A stretch of 64,000 nt of DNA from an uncultured virus (IMG/VR IMGVR_UViG_3300025120_000022) (lineage: Duplodnaviria; Heunggongvirae; Uroviricota; Caudoviricetes). The stretch lies in IMG/VR virus record IMGVR_UViG_3300025120_000022. One strand, given 5' to 3'. This document shows positions 37,501 through 46,700 of the stretch, piece after piece. The position numbers and the translations under genes are program-made. Under the pieces are notes generated by a model that did no database searches, was not told where the DNA came from, and worked only from the letters and a program-made list of their open reading frames with translations. Positions within the stretch are counted from its first letter, which is position 1. Every line of letters starts with the position of its first letter.

Positions 37501-39194
37501 GAGTTACAGTTGGTGTTGGTAGCACCGGTATTCGTTCCGGTGGTTCTGGTCACATATTTCCACCAAATGTTTCAATTGCTGATTCTTTGGGTGGTGGATC
37601 TGGTGCTGCTGTAACTGCAATTATTGGTACTGCTGGAACAGTTACTGGGTTTAGTGTTGTATCGGGTGGTACTGGATATACTCAAGCAAATCCACCTCAA
37701 GTATTCACAGATGAACCTGCACCATATAAAAATCTTACACTAGTTGGTGGTAGTGCTGGTGTTTCCTCTGCAACAATAGATGTTGTTGTTGGAACTGGTG
37801 GTAGTATAGTCAGTTTCGATATGTCCGATCGTGGTATGGGATATAAAGAAGGTGAGGTTCTTACACTTCATGGTCTTCCATTCCAGGTTGGAGTTAGTAC
37901 ATCCAACTTCACTGTAACTGTTAAGAACAAGTATCAGGATAAGTTCTCTGGATGGACATTCGGTCAACTTCTTGAAGTAGATGACTTTAGTAATCAATTT
38001 AATGGTGCTAAAACTCAATTCCTTATTACTAGAACAGAAACTAATAAAGAATTTTACAGTATTGTTTCACAAGAAGGATCTGGTCTCATACTTCAAAACA
38101 ATTTCTTGGTTTTCTTGAATGATGTTCTTCAGAAACCAGGAATTGATTATGAATTTAATGGCGGCACGAGATTTAAATTTAAGGAAGCACCAAAAGCAGG
38201 AAGCACGTTTAGAATGTACTTCTACACTGGTTCTGATCAAGACTATCTAGAAATCAATATCGATCCAACAGTTAAAGATGGTGATCAATTACGACTTCAA
38301 CGTCAAGATAATTTTGATAGTCAGGAAAGAAGAACTATCTATGCATTGATTGCTTCTGATACTGTCGAGACTGAAACTTATACAAGTGTTGGTATTAATA
38401 CTGACAATTCATTCCTGAGACCAGTAGAATGGACCAAGCAAACTTCTGATCTTGTTATTGATGGTCTTAGAATTGCTAAGACAAGAATTTATCTTGAACC
38501 ACTATATTACCCATCAACCAAAGTCATTGCACCCGTTGGTCCCACAGATACTACAATATATGCTGAAGATGTTTGGTCATTTGAAAAAATTGATAATCTT
38601 GGACAAACACTCAATGATATCAAAATCGTAGGTACAACAGGAGTTGGATTGACTATTCCAGTTGTCGAAAAAGTAAAATCAGTTAGTTATGTTGGTGACT
38701 ATGGAAATATTAACGATGTTACGACTGCTACATCTGGAGTTAACTCATTACCAACAATTATATTTGACTTCTATCCGCACCCACAAATTTATTCTAACTC
38801 AGGAACTCCAGGTACGATTCAAAAAACTGGTATTTCTACAGGAGATTACTTCGTAGTTAGAAATACTTGCATTGGTACTGGTGTTACTTCAATCGATGGT
38901 GATGTGTCAACTATTGTTGGAAATGGAACATCTTTTATTGATAATGTTTATCGTGCTGCTCAAGTCGTATCTATTGGTGGAACAGATACAATTCGCGTAT
39001 CTACAAATGTTCTTTCTTTGGTGGGAGTAAATACTGCTTACAATCTCAAAACCTATGGATCGTTTAGTTGGGGTAAGATAAATATAGGAAGTAGGAATGG
39101 ATCCGAATTTGTATTCCAAAAAGATGATCCACTTTCTGGTATTAGTACTTCAGCACACATTTCACGAACTACTGAATTAAAATCACAGTACTAA
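28569..39194 (+). CDS. gp7: Giant baseplate wedge initiator (3541 aa)
   Basis: ESQLPEF, FYSSKGT..S..ILF and LHDNDYYQKFSYSI motifs; lies between gp6 and gp8; many inserted repeat domains. Confidence 0.8.
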   Translation: MSDSKVKISNILESQLPEFILDDNPIFKDFLEQYYLSQESEYGTVSLAENITDLKNIDSFVNLKFTQTTPKLTKFTGNNDDVIEVTNHLGFLPKNGLVKIENEIFTYTGKTSFAQKVAGFDLNGNTIKLTSTVGLESFRAQTIIFDTSFSTIVAGQVYYVSEVIDSNTITISDNENALDDILNLDGSNPVGATLPTVTNFAFTGCIRGFSGIDNVSNGEFLNFTSSQSGFHDAGAPLTNLGLVFLAEFFRKYKKLFLPGIEDRQFQSVNIDNILSRARDFYSSKGTDTSLKILFSVLFGKFVEIVKPFDNTIRASSAEFSLSDILVVETISGDSTKLAETTVLQGSTDTPTAKGVISRVEPVLSNGKYFYKLFFPKNTIENTFNVSKKTKVLGIGITDTTLTVDSTIGFPENGSFLNPDNDGLTAVTYTGKSANQFFNCVGLSTTLVENDPITDGNYIFGYEDNDISKLVTMRIVGTIVGVADNKNTTSQFRKGDVLSVKHLGEKVNEEDVRFNRWFYNNVVITHVDSVIGSSSLKTVVDHHLNLGDKVDILLMNDKSVKETNCTVSDVINTKQFSVTGNSLSFDINTRYIIKKKLDFASVNFNKDGILSNIQNTFVDVEKNAYVAFSGLPGYNNVTVTDRSKTFSGSNINTTDGAITISNHNFKSGEQLYYQSISGTSGISTGNYFASIIDTNTIKLAFSRAAVSNQIYVNITDSESTSEHKLIPSSLFGKNIVNQNNFKRINRIPKQALDHKDIVGPIGLSLNGVELHSPISNDSIFYGQIDKINILNSGTDYDVINPPQIRVADTNGGNGATFIGQFKGKVEDVVLTSSGFNFKGTPSVTISGGNGTEAIAEARMRGLTYTVTFVDNARTQNSDTINIPGHRFSDGEEVVYSSSGTPIGAGSTSVGFSTTRLTSGAVYFIAKIDDDHVSLSVTKEKALSKTVINMNAFGNGTHKFTSKVIRKIIDRINIIKSTDDFSNKRVVVDAVAWPPANQKDIYSSFVGVNIGSNYIYARNHSFKTGENLEYSFDGTAIGGISTAVNYKATVLDEDRFILSEAGTATTISSVNFDTKTYVNFTSVGVGTHTFKYPAISITINGVVSTGDTSVTPSYYKSIGVPVVRGSLDNVFIRNGGGGYGIPNVINYQRDLDIEVQTGREADVRAIVVGGKLTSVYIANSGLNYTSPPAINVVGSGRLAELNSTIVDGAITAIDIINAGIGYDENTIIEVIPSGVDAKLNAEIHEWKFNNVERYNKVLELDNAAIPKIDRLNRELVQISSGTDLNESKVVAFYPGAFYRQLLGDNVDSNGDEIITGFSHSPILGWAYDGNPIYGPYGHAIPLFKDGQSTGGNKKIFSSYEIDSETVGTLRPSGFVEGSFTQDYLYKASGDLDEYNGRFCKTPEFPEGTYAYFSSLDFSGNLAYPYITKSHYNQTDLFNYDNTIDQRDSILNDGSYKRNVTHLGINELSREYPFLQDSISSKVEVVVDAVKSSRIDDVDILKSGINYKVGEQINFNEPSIDVEVEQVIGENIVSIGTSDVVLKNTIFSVIGNVVTGVTTIPHGFLDSDIIEISGIGSATYKNIEGFRTIGVGTVLTNMKVAVAATTTTGISTVISLQASTFTERFVEDDIIKVGGELMKIVGVDTVNDRYRITRIVNNSTASTHSIGDLVVKQPQTFNFLLDKKLENKNLSLPYKQNFEVSAVGIGSTYTSIVVGVAGSTNITVSIPPNAIYLRNHQFKTGDELSITSIGGTIRAATTASLSPFFDISTTNLFAVNVGTDFIGISTSKAFVGINSTLFFVDASSGNSHTLSQVKDNITGIVKKVSARVETTAAHGVQKGDDVRLHITPNEVQQFVFKFNPVLKKLVVNPKTFAPAGIVTATTSEITAVNHGLKTGDVVAYVNAVGVATPLQSNREYYVIKISNDRFRLAERDFDARAFPYQNITITEQGHGTHEVSKINPKLDVINGGKFAINTGDTSLSGFDINFYNDREFQSRYESTLITRDGIIGDGSPTTQIIIDINKNLSSSFYYRLEGDDTKYTDTYPTSTDVSVENYSNIRIVDSKFNQNYKVASIGVGTDYSFGFTLVGSAETNSYTPAGYSTGFYSTSSPTAIGGIHSTKIINGGVNVKDFPAITSIGTTTGVSAELQLSNTEIGKIIDGTIFYSGIEFSEDNTIKPKADSPLILKLKNIKTLKTVGIVTAGNDYNVPPKVIAIGNDNIITKSTLTGGSVGEVEVISSDSNLEDNLKIIATNNSNGVGVIGANSSNGVNELLLRAPNIGFGITNPFPFNIGDKIFIENVQITNPALADGYNSSDYNYQFFEVTARNTASGTESISYNITGLGVTGGTYNIAQNAQFGRIIKVSDLATFIPEFQSVRFIEGEKIVDINDPNVFGVVSKNGWDEESSILRLNEVIGKFTETSVIRGIIGNFKATISEVNESDFDLNVGSVSSDNGIWTNDIGKLNDNLQRLHDNDYYQKFSYSIRGEIELDKWKESVNSLDHTAGYKNFSDLQIITLPERGANVKQPEQELNLNVEINSNSSVHTRISYDLASEDTDSTSLSKIIKFDSKIITDYNESRTNKVLMIDDISSQFNGVGNSAGQLVGLSTFAIFNNNNSLLHYSINPTTGVAASTITITDHNFNTGEELVYDPTNAGINTGSSMSITSINVPGIGVTNLLPEKVFAIRISNNEFKVAVATTEAFNGNHVTFTNRTGIGLTQSFSTEGDLATTRSIITIDNIIQSPIAVKPVGVAITMSESVGVGSTQITVSNISKIAGKSLLRFGTGEIVKVDLVGAGNVLNVQRGVMGTVAAAYTVGTASSVVSGDYRIKQGKIYLSDAPYGPAGIGSLPTRSNFSGRIFYRLTYNENTIFDDISDSFNSTTDQFAITSSGVAVTGITTSHGAVLINNIFQKPFLSPIGSVLVSNYEIKKTISGEDIDFSGTAVVGDLPHGGIINEFIVGVGSGYQFPTRAIGAAVVNGSGVITGVTVGVGSTGIRSGGSGHIFPPNVSIADSLGGGSGAAVTAIIGTAGTVTGFSVVSGGTGYTQANPPQVFTDEPAPYKNLTLVGGSAGVSSATIDVVVGTGGSIVSFDMSDRGMGYKEGEVLTLHGLPFQVGVSTSNFTVTVKNKYQDKFSGWTFGQLLEVDDFSNQFNGAKTQFLITRTETNKEFYSIVSQEGSGLILQNNFLVFLNDVLQKPGIDYEFNGGTRFKFKEAPKAGSTFRMYFYTGSDQDYLEINIDPTVKDGDQLRLQRQDNFDSQERRTIYALIASDTVETETYTSVGINTDNSFLRPVEWTKQTSDLVIDGLRIAKTRIYLEPLYYPSTKVIAPVGPTDTTIYAEDVWSFEKIDNLGQTLNDIKIVGTTGVGLTIPVVEKVKSVSYVGDYGNINDVTTATSGVNSLPTIIFDFYPHPQIYSNSGTPGTIQKTGISTGDYFVVRNTCIGTGVTSIDGDVSTIVGNGTSFIDNVYRAAQVVSIGGTDTIRVSTNVLSLVGVNTAYNLKTYGSFSWGKINIGSRNGSEFVFQKDDPLSGISTSAHISRTTELKSQY

Positions 39195-39200
39195 ACACAG

Positions 39201-39208
39201 TATAAATA
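39201..39208 (+). promoter_or_regulatory. T4-type late promoter
   Basis: TATAAATA upstream of gp8. Confidence 0.8.
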
Positions 39209-39227
39209 ATCAAAAAATCGGACAGAC

Positions 39228-40766
39228 ATGCCTGCCATAATTACTGACCAATTTAGAATTTTGAATGCGGAGACATTTGCTAAGTCTGTGACTGGCATTG
39301 GCACGACTTCAAATTTTTATTATACCTTCTTAGCACACCCAAATCCCACCAATATTTCTATTGAAGAATATGGTAATGTTAACTGGGCGACAACTACTCC
39401 AGATCCAAGAGACTCTTTTGAGCAGGAGAATAGATATCACGACTCGATGCTTTTCTTAAATAAGATTAATGTTAATGATTTTGCAAGAATTGTACCCAGA
39501 GTTAATTGGTCTTCTGGTATAACCTATGACATGTATAGGAATGATTATGATATTACCAATCCAGCACCACAAACTAGTTCAAAGACACTATATGAATCTC
39601 GTTTTTATGTCGTAAACTCCGAATTTAAGGTTTATATCTGCATCAATAATGGTACAAGTCCAGATTTTCCAAAAGGACAACCATCACAACATGAACCAAC
39701 TTTTGTTTCTACTGGTCCCCAAAAAGCAGGAACTGGAAGTGACAATTATATTTGGAAATATCTTTATACAATTTCTCCTGCGGATATTGTTAAATTTACA
39801 ACAGAAAAATATATGCCACTTCCCACAAACTGGGGAGACAGTAATACCGAATCAGTAAAAAATGCTGCCGTTCGTGGAAGAATCGAAACAGTAGTTATTA
39901 AGAACAGAGGATCAGGATATACATCAGGAACATATACGGAAGATATTCTCGGTGATGGAAATGGTGGAAAAGTCTCTATTGTTATAATTAATCAACAAAT
40001 CTCTAGTATTGAGGTTTCATCTCCAGGAAAAGACTACACTAGAGGAGTAATTAACTACAATCCTGGTGATGGTGGATCTAATGCAGAATTTGAAGTTATA
40101 ATTCCACCAAATGGTGGACATGGAGCAGATATATATCGTGAGTTAGGTTCGTATAGAGTAATGGTTTATTCTAAGTATGATTCTTCTTCCGATTTTATCA
40201 CTCAAAATACTTTTTCAAGAATTGGCATTGTGAGAAATCCAACTCAATATGGAAGTTTAACTAACATTCTAAATACTAATACCGCAACAACTCTTGGTGC
40301 ATTGAAACTGAAACCTAGTTCAGGTAATCCTGGTATTTCAACTTCCAGCGTTACTTACCCACTAAATGGCGAGATTCGTCAATCAGTTGGCACTGCTGGA
40401 TCGACTGCTGTTGGTTATGTCGCCTCTTGGGATGGTGATACTGGTGTTTTGAGATACTACCAACCTGTTGGTTTATCTACTATATCAAATAACAACTTTA
40501 GAAACTTTGATTTTGAAGGTAATGCAAATCCAGTTACTTGTATTGGTATGTCGGGAAATACCTTAATTCCCGATACTAGTTTTACAAATGTTTCTAGTAT
40601 AACAGTAGGTGGAAAAGTTATCAATTTGGGACAAACTTTCATACTCGGAAAGGCAAATCCAGAAGTTGAAAAGTATTCAGGTGATATCATTTATATTGAT
40701 AATAGGGCACCGATCAGTAGATCCGAATCCCAAAAAGAAGAAGTAAAAGTCGTAGTAGAGTTCTAA
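39228..40766 (+). CDS. gp8: Baseplate wedge subunit
   Basis: MPAIITDQFRILNA, VYICINN, YIWKYLYTI and SGDIIYIDNR motifs. Confidence 0.9.
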   Translation: MPAIITDQFRILNAETFAKSVTGIGTTSNFYYTFLAHPNPTNISIEEYGNVNWATTTPDPRDSFEQENRYHDSMLFLNKINVNDFARIVPRVNWSSGITYDMYRNDYDITNPAPQTSSKTLYESRFYVVNSEFKVYICINNGTSPDFPKGQPSQHEPTFVSTGPQKAGTGSDNYIWKYLYTISPADIVKFTTEKYMPLPTNWGDSNTESVKNAAVRGRIETVVIKNRGSGYTSGTYTEDILGDGNGGKVSIVIINQQISSIEVSSPGKDYTRGVINYNPGDGGSNAEFEVIIPPNGGHGADIYRELGSYRVMVYSKYDSSSDFITQNTFSRIGIVRNPTQYGSLTNILNTNTATTLGALKLKPSSGNPGISTSSVTYPLNGEIRQSVGTAGSTAVGYVASWDGDTGVLRYYQPVGLSTISNNNFRNFDFEGNANPVTCIGMSGNTLIPDTSFTNVSSITVGGKVINLGQTFILGKANPEVEKYSGDIIYIDNRAPISRSESQKEEVKVVVEF

Positions 40767-40770
40767 GAAC

Positions 40771-43700
40771 ATGACCCAGAACACCAATTTAAATGTTTCC
40801 CCTTATTTTGACGATTTTGATGAAGACAATAATTATAATAAGGTGCTGTTCAAACCTGGATTCCCAGTTCAATCCAGAGAACTAACTACTTTACAATCTA
40901 TCCTTCAGGGGCAGATTGAAAAGTTCGGACAACACTTCTTCAAAGAAGGGGCAATGATTGTTCCTGGTGGAATAATATATGATTCAATTTATTCTGCAGT
41001 TAAGATTGATCCTACTTTCTTAGACGTTTCTGTCTCTGCATATACTTCATATCTTAAAGATAATAATATTGAGATACAAGGTGAAATTTCTGGTGTTAAG
41101 GCAACCGTAGTCAATTGCATCACAAGTGCGGAATCAGTTGATTCTGTAGACACTATCTATGTTAAATATACTGCTTCTGGATTTGATGGTGTAACACCAA
41201 AATTTACAGATGGTGAAACTTTAATTACATTACAAGATATTAAGTATTCTTCTACTACTATTCCTACAAATAATGCATTTGCAAGAGCTGTTGTATCTGA
41301 AGCAACACCGAGTGGTTCTTCTGCATCAATCAGTGAGGGAATATTTTTTGTTAGGGGATATTTTGTAAAAGTGCCTGCAAGTACTGTAATTCTAGATCAA
41401 TATACAAATTCACCTAGTTATAAAGTTGGTCTTCAGATTTCAGAAGATATTGTAACTGCTTCTTCTGAAAATTCTGATTTATTTGATAATGCTAAGGGAT
41501 TTTCAAACGAATCTGCTCCTGGTGCAGATAGACTTAAAATATCTACAACTCTTGTTAAAAAATCACTGACAGATAACAACGATGCTAACTTTGTAGAATT
41601 GTTGCGTGTAGATAAAGGACTTACTCAAAAGTTAGTTAATACTACTGATTATAGTATATTTAAAGATGAACTTGCAAGGAGAACAAACGATGAGTCTGGT
41701 GATTATTACGTCAAGAGATTTGCTGTCGATATTAGAGAAACTTTAAATGATAGACTTGGCAATAAAGGCATTTATTCACCAAATCAATTAACTCAAAGGG
41801 GCAATACTCCGTCTGACGATCTTTTCACCCTTCAGATATCTTCAGGTAAAGCATACGTAAAAGGATATGAAATTGAAAAGATTGGATCAACTTCACTTGA
41901 TAACGAAAAACCAAGAACTACAAAGAAAAAAGAAAATGTCAGTGTTCCAATTAAAATTGGAAACAATATTCAAGTAGAAAATCTTTATGGTTCACCAGTA
42001 ATTGGATTTAACGATACATCTGTTGTACAATTAAGAGATCGTAGAGTTGGTGATAACGGACAACTGGATCCCGCATCTGCAATTATTGGTAATGCCAGGA
42101 TTTATGATTTTAGTAAGAAAAATATAGCTGGAATTGGCACAGAGAGATTTGATCTAAGACTCTATGATATTCAAACATTCACTACTCTAACACTTGGACT
42201 TGGCGTCACTGCTCTAAATTCTGCATTAGTTAGAGGTGTATTCAGTGGAGCAACTGGTCACCTTAAGGATGCAGTATCAAATGCAACGACTCTTAACCTA
42301 TTAGATGTAACGGGTCAGTTCCAAATTAACGAACCAATTGAGATCAATGGACTTACTGTAGGTAGAAATATTACAGCAGTTAGAGATAATGATATCCGTG
42401 ACATTAAGTCAATTGGAACTGTATCACCTATCTTTGCTTGCAACGTTGCAATGCAACAGACTACTAATCTTATCACACCTGGTTCATCATTCGAGATTAG
42501 TGGAGCTGATGCGACTGATCCTACTGGTATCACCACAGTAAAATCAGCATCTGTTGGAGACTTCAGAAACATTCCTGTGAGGGTTCATGATGTCGTTTCT
42601 TATACCATACCAGGTCAAGATCTGCCTACGTTTAATAGAGTAAGCACAGTGAATCAGGGTAGTATCACCTTGGTTGGTGTTAGCAGCGTAACAGGAATTT
42701 GCACTGGTGGTACAGTAAAGGTAGATAATGTTGGTACTACAAATAGTCTTACTAATATTCAAAACTTAAATGTTGTTTCTGGTATATTAGAAGGTGGAAA
42801 TAATGCAGGAAAAACGATTCGACTTCCCAACACTAGTGTTTCATCTATCAATCTTCTTGATAGTAGTTACGTCATAAGAAAGCAAACATCAGTCAATATT
42901 GGTTCAAATTTACAACTTAATTTTGCTATAACTGACTTTGGTGATGATACTCTGTTCTTGGAACCGTATAATCAATTTAATTATACTTTAACTTATGCAA
43001 ATGGACATAAAGAAATTATTCTTGATTCTCAAGTCACAATTTCTGGTGATCTTAAAACAATTTTGATCAAGGGGCTTAGTCAAACTGGTACTAGCGCAAA
43101 ACTTACCATTACTTGTAAGAGAAGCACGTTAACATCTAAGGTAAAGACCAACATAAGATGTACTAATTTAGTCGTAGCAAGATCTAGAAATGCTGGATCT
43201 GGTATCGGTTCTACAACAATGAATGATGGACTATCTTGGTCGTCCTCTTACCCATATGGAACAAGAGTTCAAGACGAAAGTATTTCACTGAATGTACCAG
43301 ATGTTACTAGAGTTTTTGCTATATTTGAGTCTAATGATACTAATGCTCCAACTCTCCCATCAATTATTGCTTCTACTCAAAGTGGCACATTCACAAATAA
43401 TGTAGTAGTTGGTGAACAAATTATTGGTGCAGATACAGGAGCAGTTGCTCGTGTTGTTGATATTGTAAGTGGTAATCAAATAAATTTTGTATATGAAAAT
43501 GATAAGTTCTTCCAGATATTAGAAACAGTTTCACTGCAAAGTTCTGGAATTACTGCAAACATCAGTACTCTTCTCACTGGTGACAGAAATGTAAGTAATG
43601 ATTACACTCTAGACTCAGGACATAGACGAGAGTTCTGTGATATTGCAAGAATCAATAGAATAAAGAGTGCTGCTGAACCAACTAGACAATTGAGAATTGT

Positions 43701-46700
43701 ATTTGATAACCTTAACACTGATGAGAGTACAGGAACAGTGGAATCTGTCAATAGTTACAGTACTCTCGACTATTCAAAAGAGATCCCAATAACACCATTA
43801 GGAAGAGCATCAGATTTTATTGATCTGAGACCAAAAGTCAATACGTATTCTCTCAGTTCATCTGATTCACCGTTTGCATTTGAATCAAGATCATTCTCAA
43901 ATTCAAATTGTGAAATTGCTGCAACCAATAAAACTCTTATTGTTGACTATTCTCATTATCTTGGAAGAATCGATAGATTATATTTGACTAAGGATGGAGA
44001 GTTTTTAATTAAGAGGGGGGAACCTTCAGAGTTTCCAAAATTACCAGTTGGAAATAGTGAAGGATTTGAAGTTGGCATTCTTACTATGTCTCCATACATG
44101 TTTAATGCAACTTTTGATAGTAGATTAAAACTTATTCATCATAAGAGATTTACTATGAAAGATATTGGTAGTATTGAAAATAGAGTTAAGAATCTTGAGA
44201 ATTATACTACACTTTCTTTACTTGAAACAGATACTAAGAATCTTTCAGTCAAGGATCCTAACACTGGACTAGATAAGTTTAAGTCTGGTTTCTTTGTAGA
44301 TAACTTTAGAAACCATAATGGTGCTAATCTAAGGGGCGAATCAAGATTTGATATTGACTTAAAGCGTGGCGAATTACGCCCACGTACTACTGAAAGAAAT
44401 TTTACTTTGCAATTTGAGACTGTAACAACTGAAGCAAATCGCACAGATGCTGATTATGCTTGGGCAAATGATTTTTCTGATGTCAGTATCACCAGAAATG
44501 GTCCTGGTCTAACTCTTAACTTTGAAGAAGTTGAATTTATTAATCAACCACTTGCAACTAGAACAGAAAACCTGAATCCATATCATATTGCATTGTATGC
44601 TGGATCAATCGACCTGTCCCCTGCTACAGACTACTGGATTGAAGAAATTGTTCTTGCTACTCCTGATATTGTTCAGTTTGATTCTATATTCAATGGTATG
44701 TCAGAACTGCTTGGTACTGAAGATCGTGAGAATGGTGGAATGGCAGCAAGTTGGTTTAATTCTTCTGAAACCACCTGGAATGGTGATGAAAGAGTTATTG
44801 ATAGTACCTTAACTGGCAGCACAGTAATTGGGTCTAACTCAGGATCATCTACTAGTACCTCCATATCCACCTCTACCCTAGAAGAAGGAGGCGGCGGTAT
44901 TAATCAGGGCGGTAATGGTATTCGGAGAACCACTACCACTACCACTGACAGTTGGTCGAGCACTACTTTTGAGGATACTTTTCTTGATACTAATATAGAA
45001 ACTGGTACTGAGAGTGTATTTGGTCTTGAACTTTCTTCTGGATTAGAAGAGATGAGTCTTGGAAATAGAATGATTGGTATGGAAACTATCCATAATTGCC
45101 GTTCTAGAAATATTCATGTAACTGGTAAGAAATTGAAACCAAATACGAAATATTATGTCTTCATGGAAAGTGTTGATATGAATGAATTTGCATTTCCCAA
45201 GCAATTACCAGTTATCATGACCAAAGGTTCATTTAAAACTGGTGATATTGTTGATAGTATTACTTTAACTCAGGCAGGAACACCAAATATCCAATTCCGT
45301 GTAGCACAACATAATCATGAGACTGGTCCATTTAATGCTCCAATTAGAGAAGTTAATCCTGGTCTTAATGCACCCGGAGATAACTTCAGTGTCGTAATTA
45401 GTTCATCTTATTCTGGAACTTCTGAATTTATTAATATTGACCTTGCAGATCTTTCTAATCAAACACAACCAGGACACCTTGGATACGTTAAAAAAGGAAT
45501 GGTCCTCGTCAATAATGATGGAACTGCAGAAGCAAAAGTAGGCGAGATACAGTTGATAACTGATGAGAAAGGTGAGATACAGTTCTCACTTCATATTCCA
45601 GATCCAGTTATTGCTGCTAATCCTAAATTTACTACTGGATCAAGCACAATTAGATTGACTTCATCTGCTATCAATTCACCTGTACTAGACCCAGGCGGTA
45701 GTTCTGCTGAAACTGATTATCTGTCATCTGGATATGTCACAAGTTATGAAGAGCAAGTTCTTGCGATCAAAACACCAGAAATTGATAGAAGATTGGTTGA
45801 GACTCTGGATGCAATTAGACTTACACAATCAGAAAGTACTTCAACTAGAACGGAGGGGTCTAGTTCTTCAAGTACCGATGTTGTCGTTGGCGCATATTAT
45901 GACCCATTAGCACAATCCTTCTTAATTACTGCTGAAAATAGTAATGGGACAAATTCCGATGGTGTGTATGTAACTGGTGGTGAGGTATACTTTAAGACCA
46001 GAGATCCTTCAATTCCAGTTACGGTTCAAATTAGGACTATGAGAGATGGCACTCCAACAACACTGGTTGTACCATTCGGTCAAGTTAACATTCAATCAAA
46101 CGATGTTAATATATCTGATGATGGTAGTGTAGCAACGGAATTTAAGTTTCCTACTCCTGTCTATCTGCAAACTGGATATGAATATGCTCTGGTGCTTATT
46201 TCACCTACAGAGAAGTATCTGGCGTTTATCACTAGAATGGGTGAAGAAGACCTCCAACTCAAGGCAGTCTATAACAAGCAACCATACCTTGGATCTCTGT
46301 TCAAGTCACAGAACCAGTCAACCTGGACTCCAAGTCAGTTGGAAGATCTTAAGTTCAAACTTAATAAAGCAAAGTTTGTAACCAATACTCCAGTTTCAGT
46401 CTCATTCTATAATAGTCAACTGCCTAGAGTCGGTATTAGAAAGAATAATCCAATTACTACGTTCTCTAAGAGACAGTTTATTGGTATTCCAGTTACAGAT
46501 ACTGCATTTGGATCTGGTAATGAAATTCAACAAGGAACCAATAATGGTAAGATCTTTGCAACTGGTGGTCCATTATCAGTTATAACTTCTCCAACCAATG
46601 AGAGTATCCTAGCACTGGTACAACCAACTGCCGGTGTTGCTCTGGTTGACTCTACTTATACTGGCATTGGATTTACATCCCTCACTGGTTTTGGACATAA

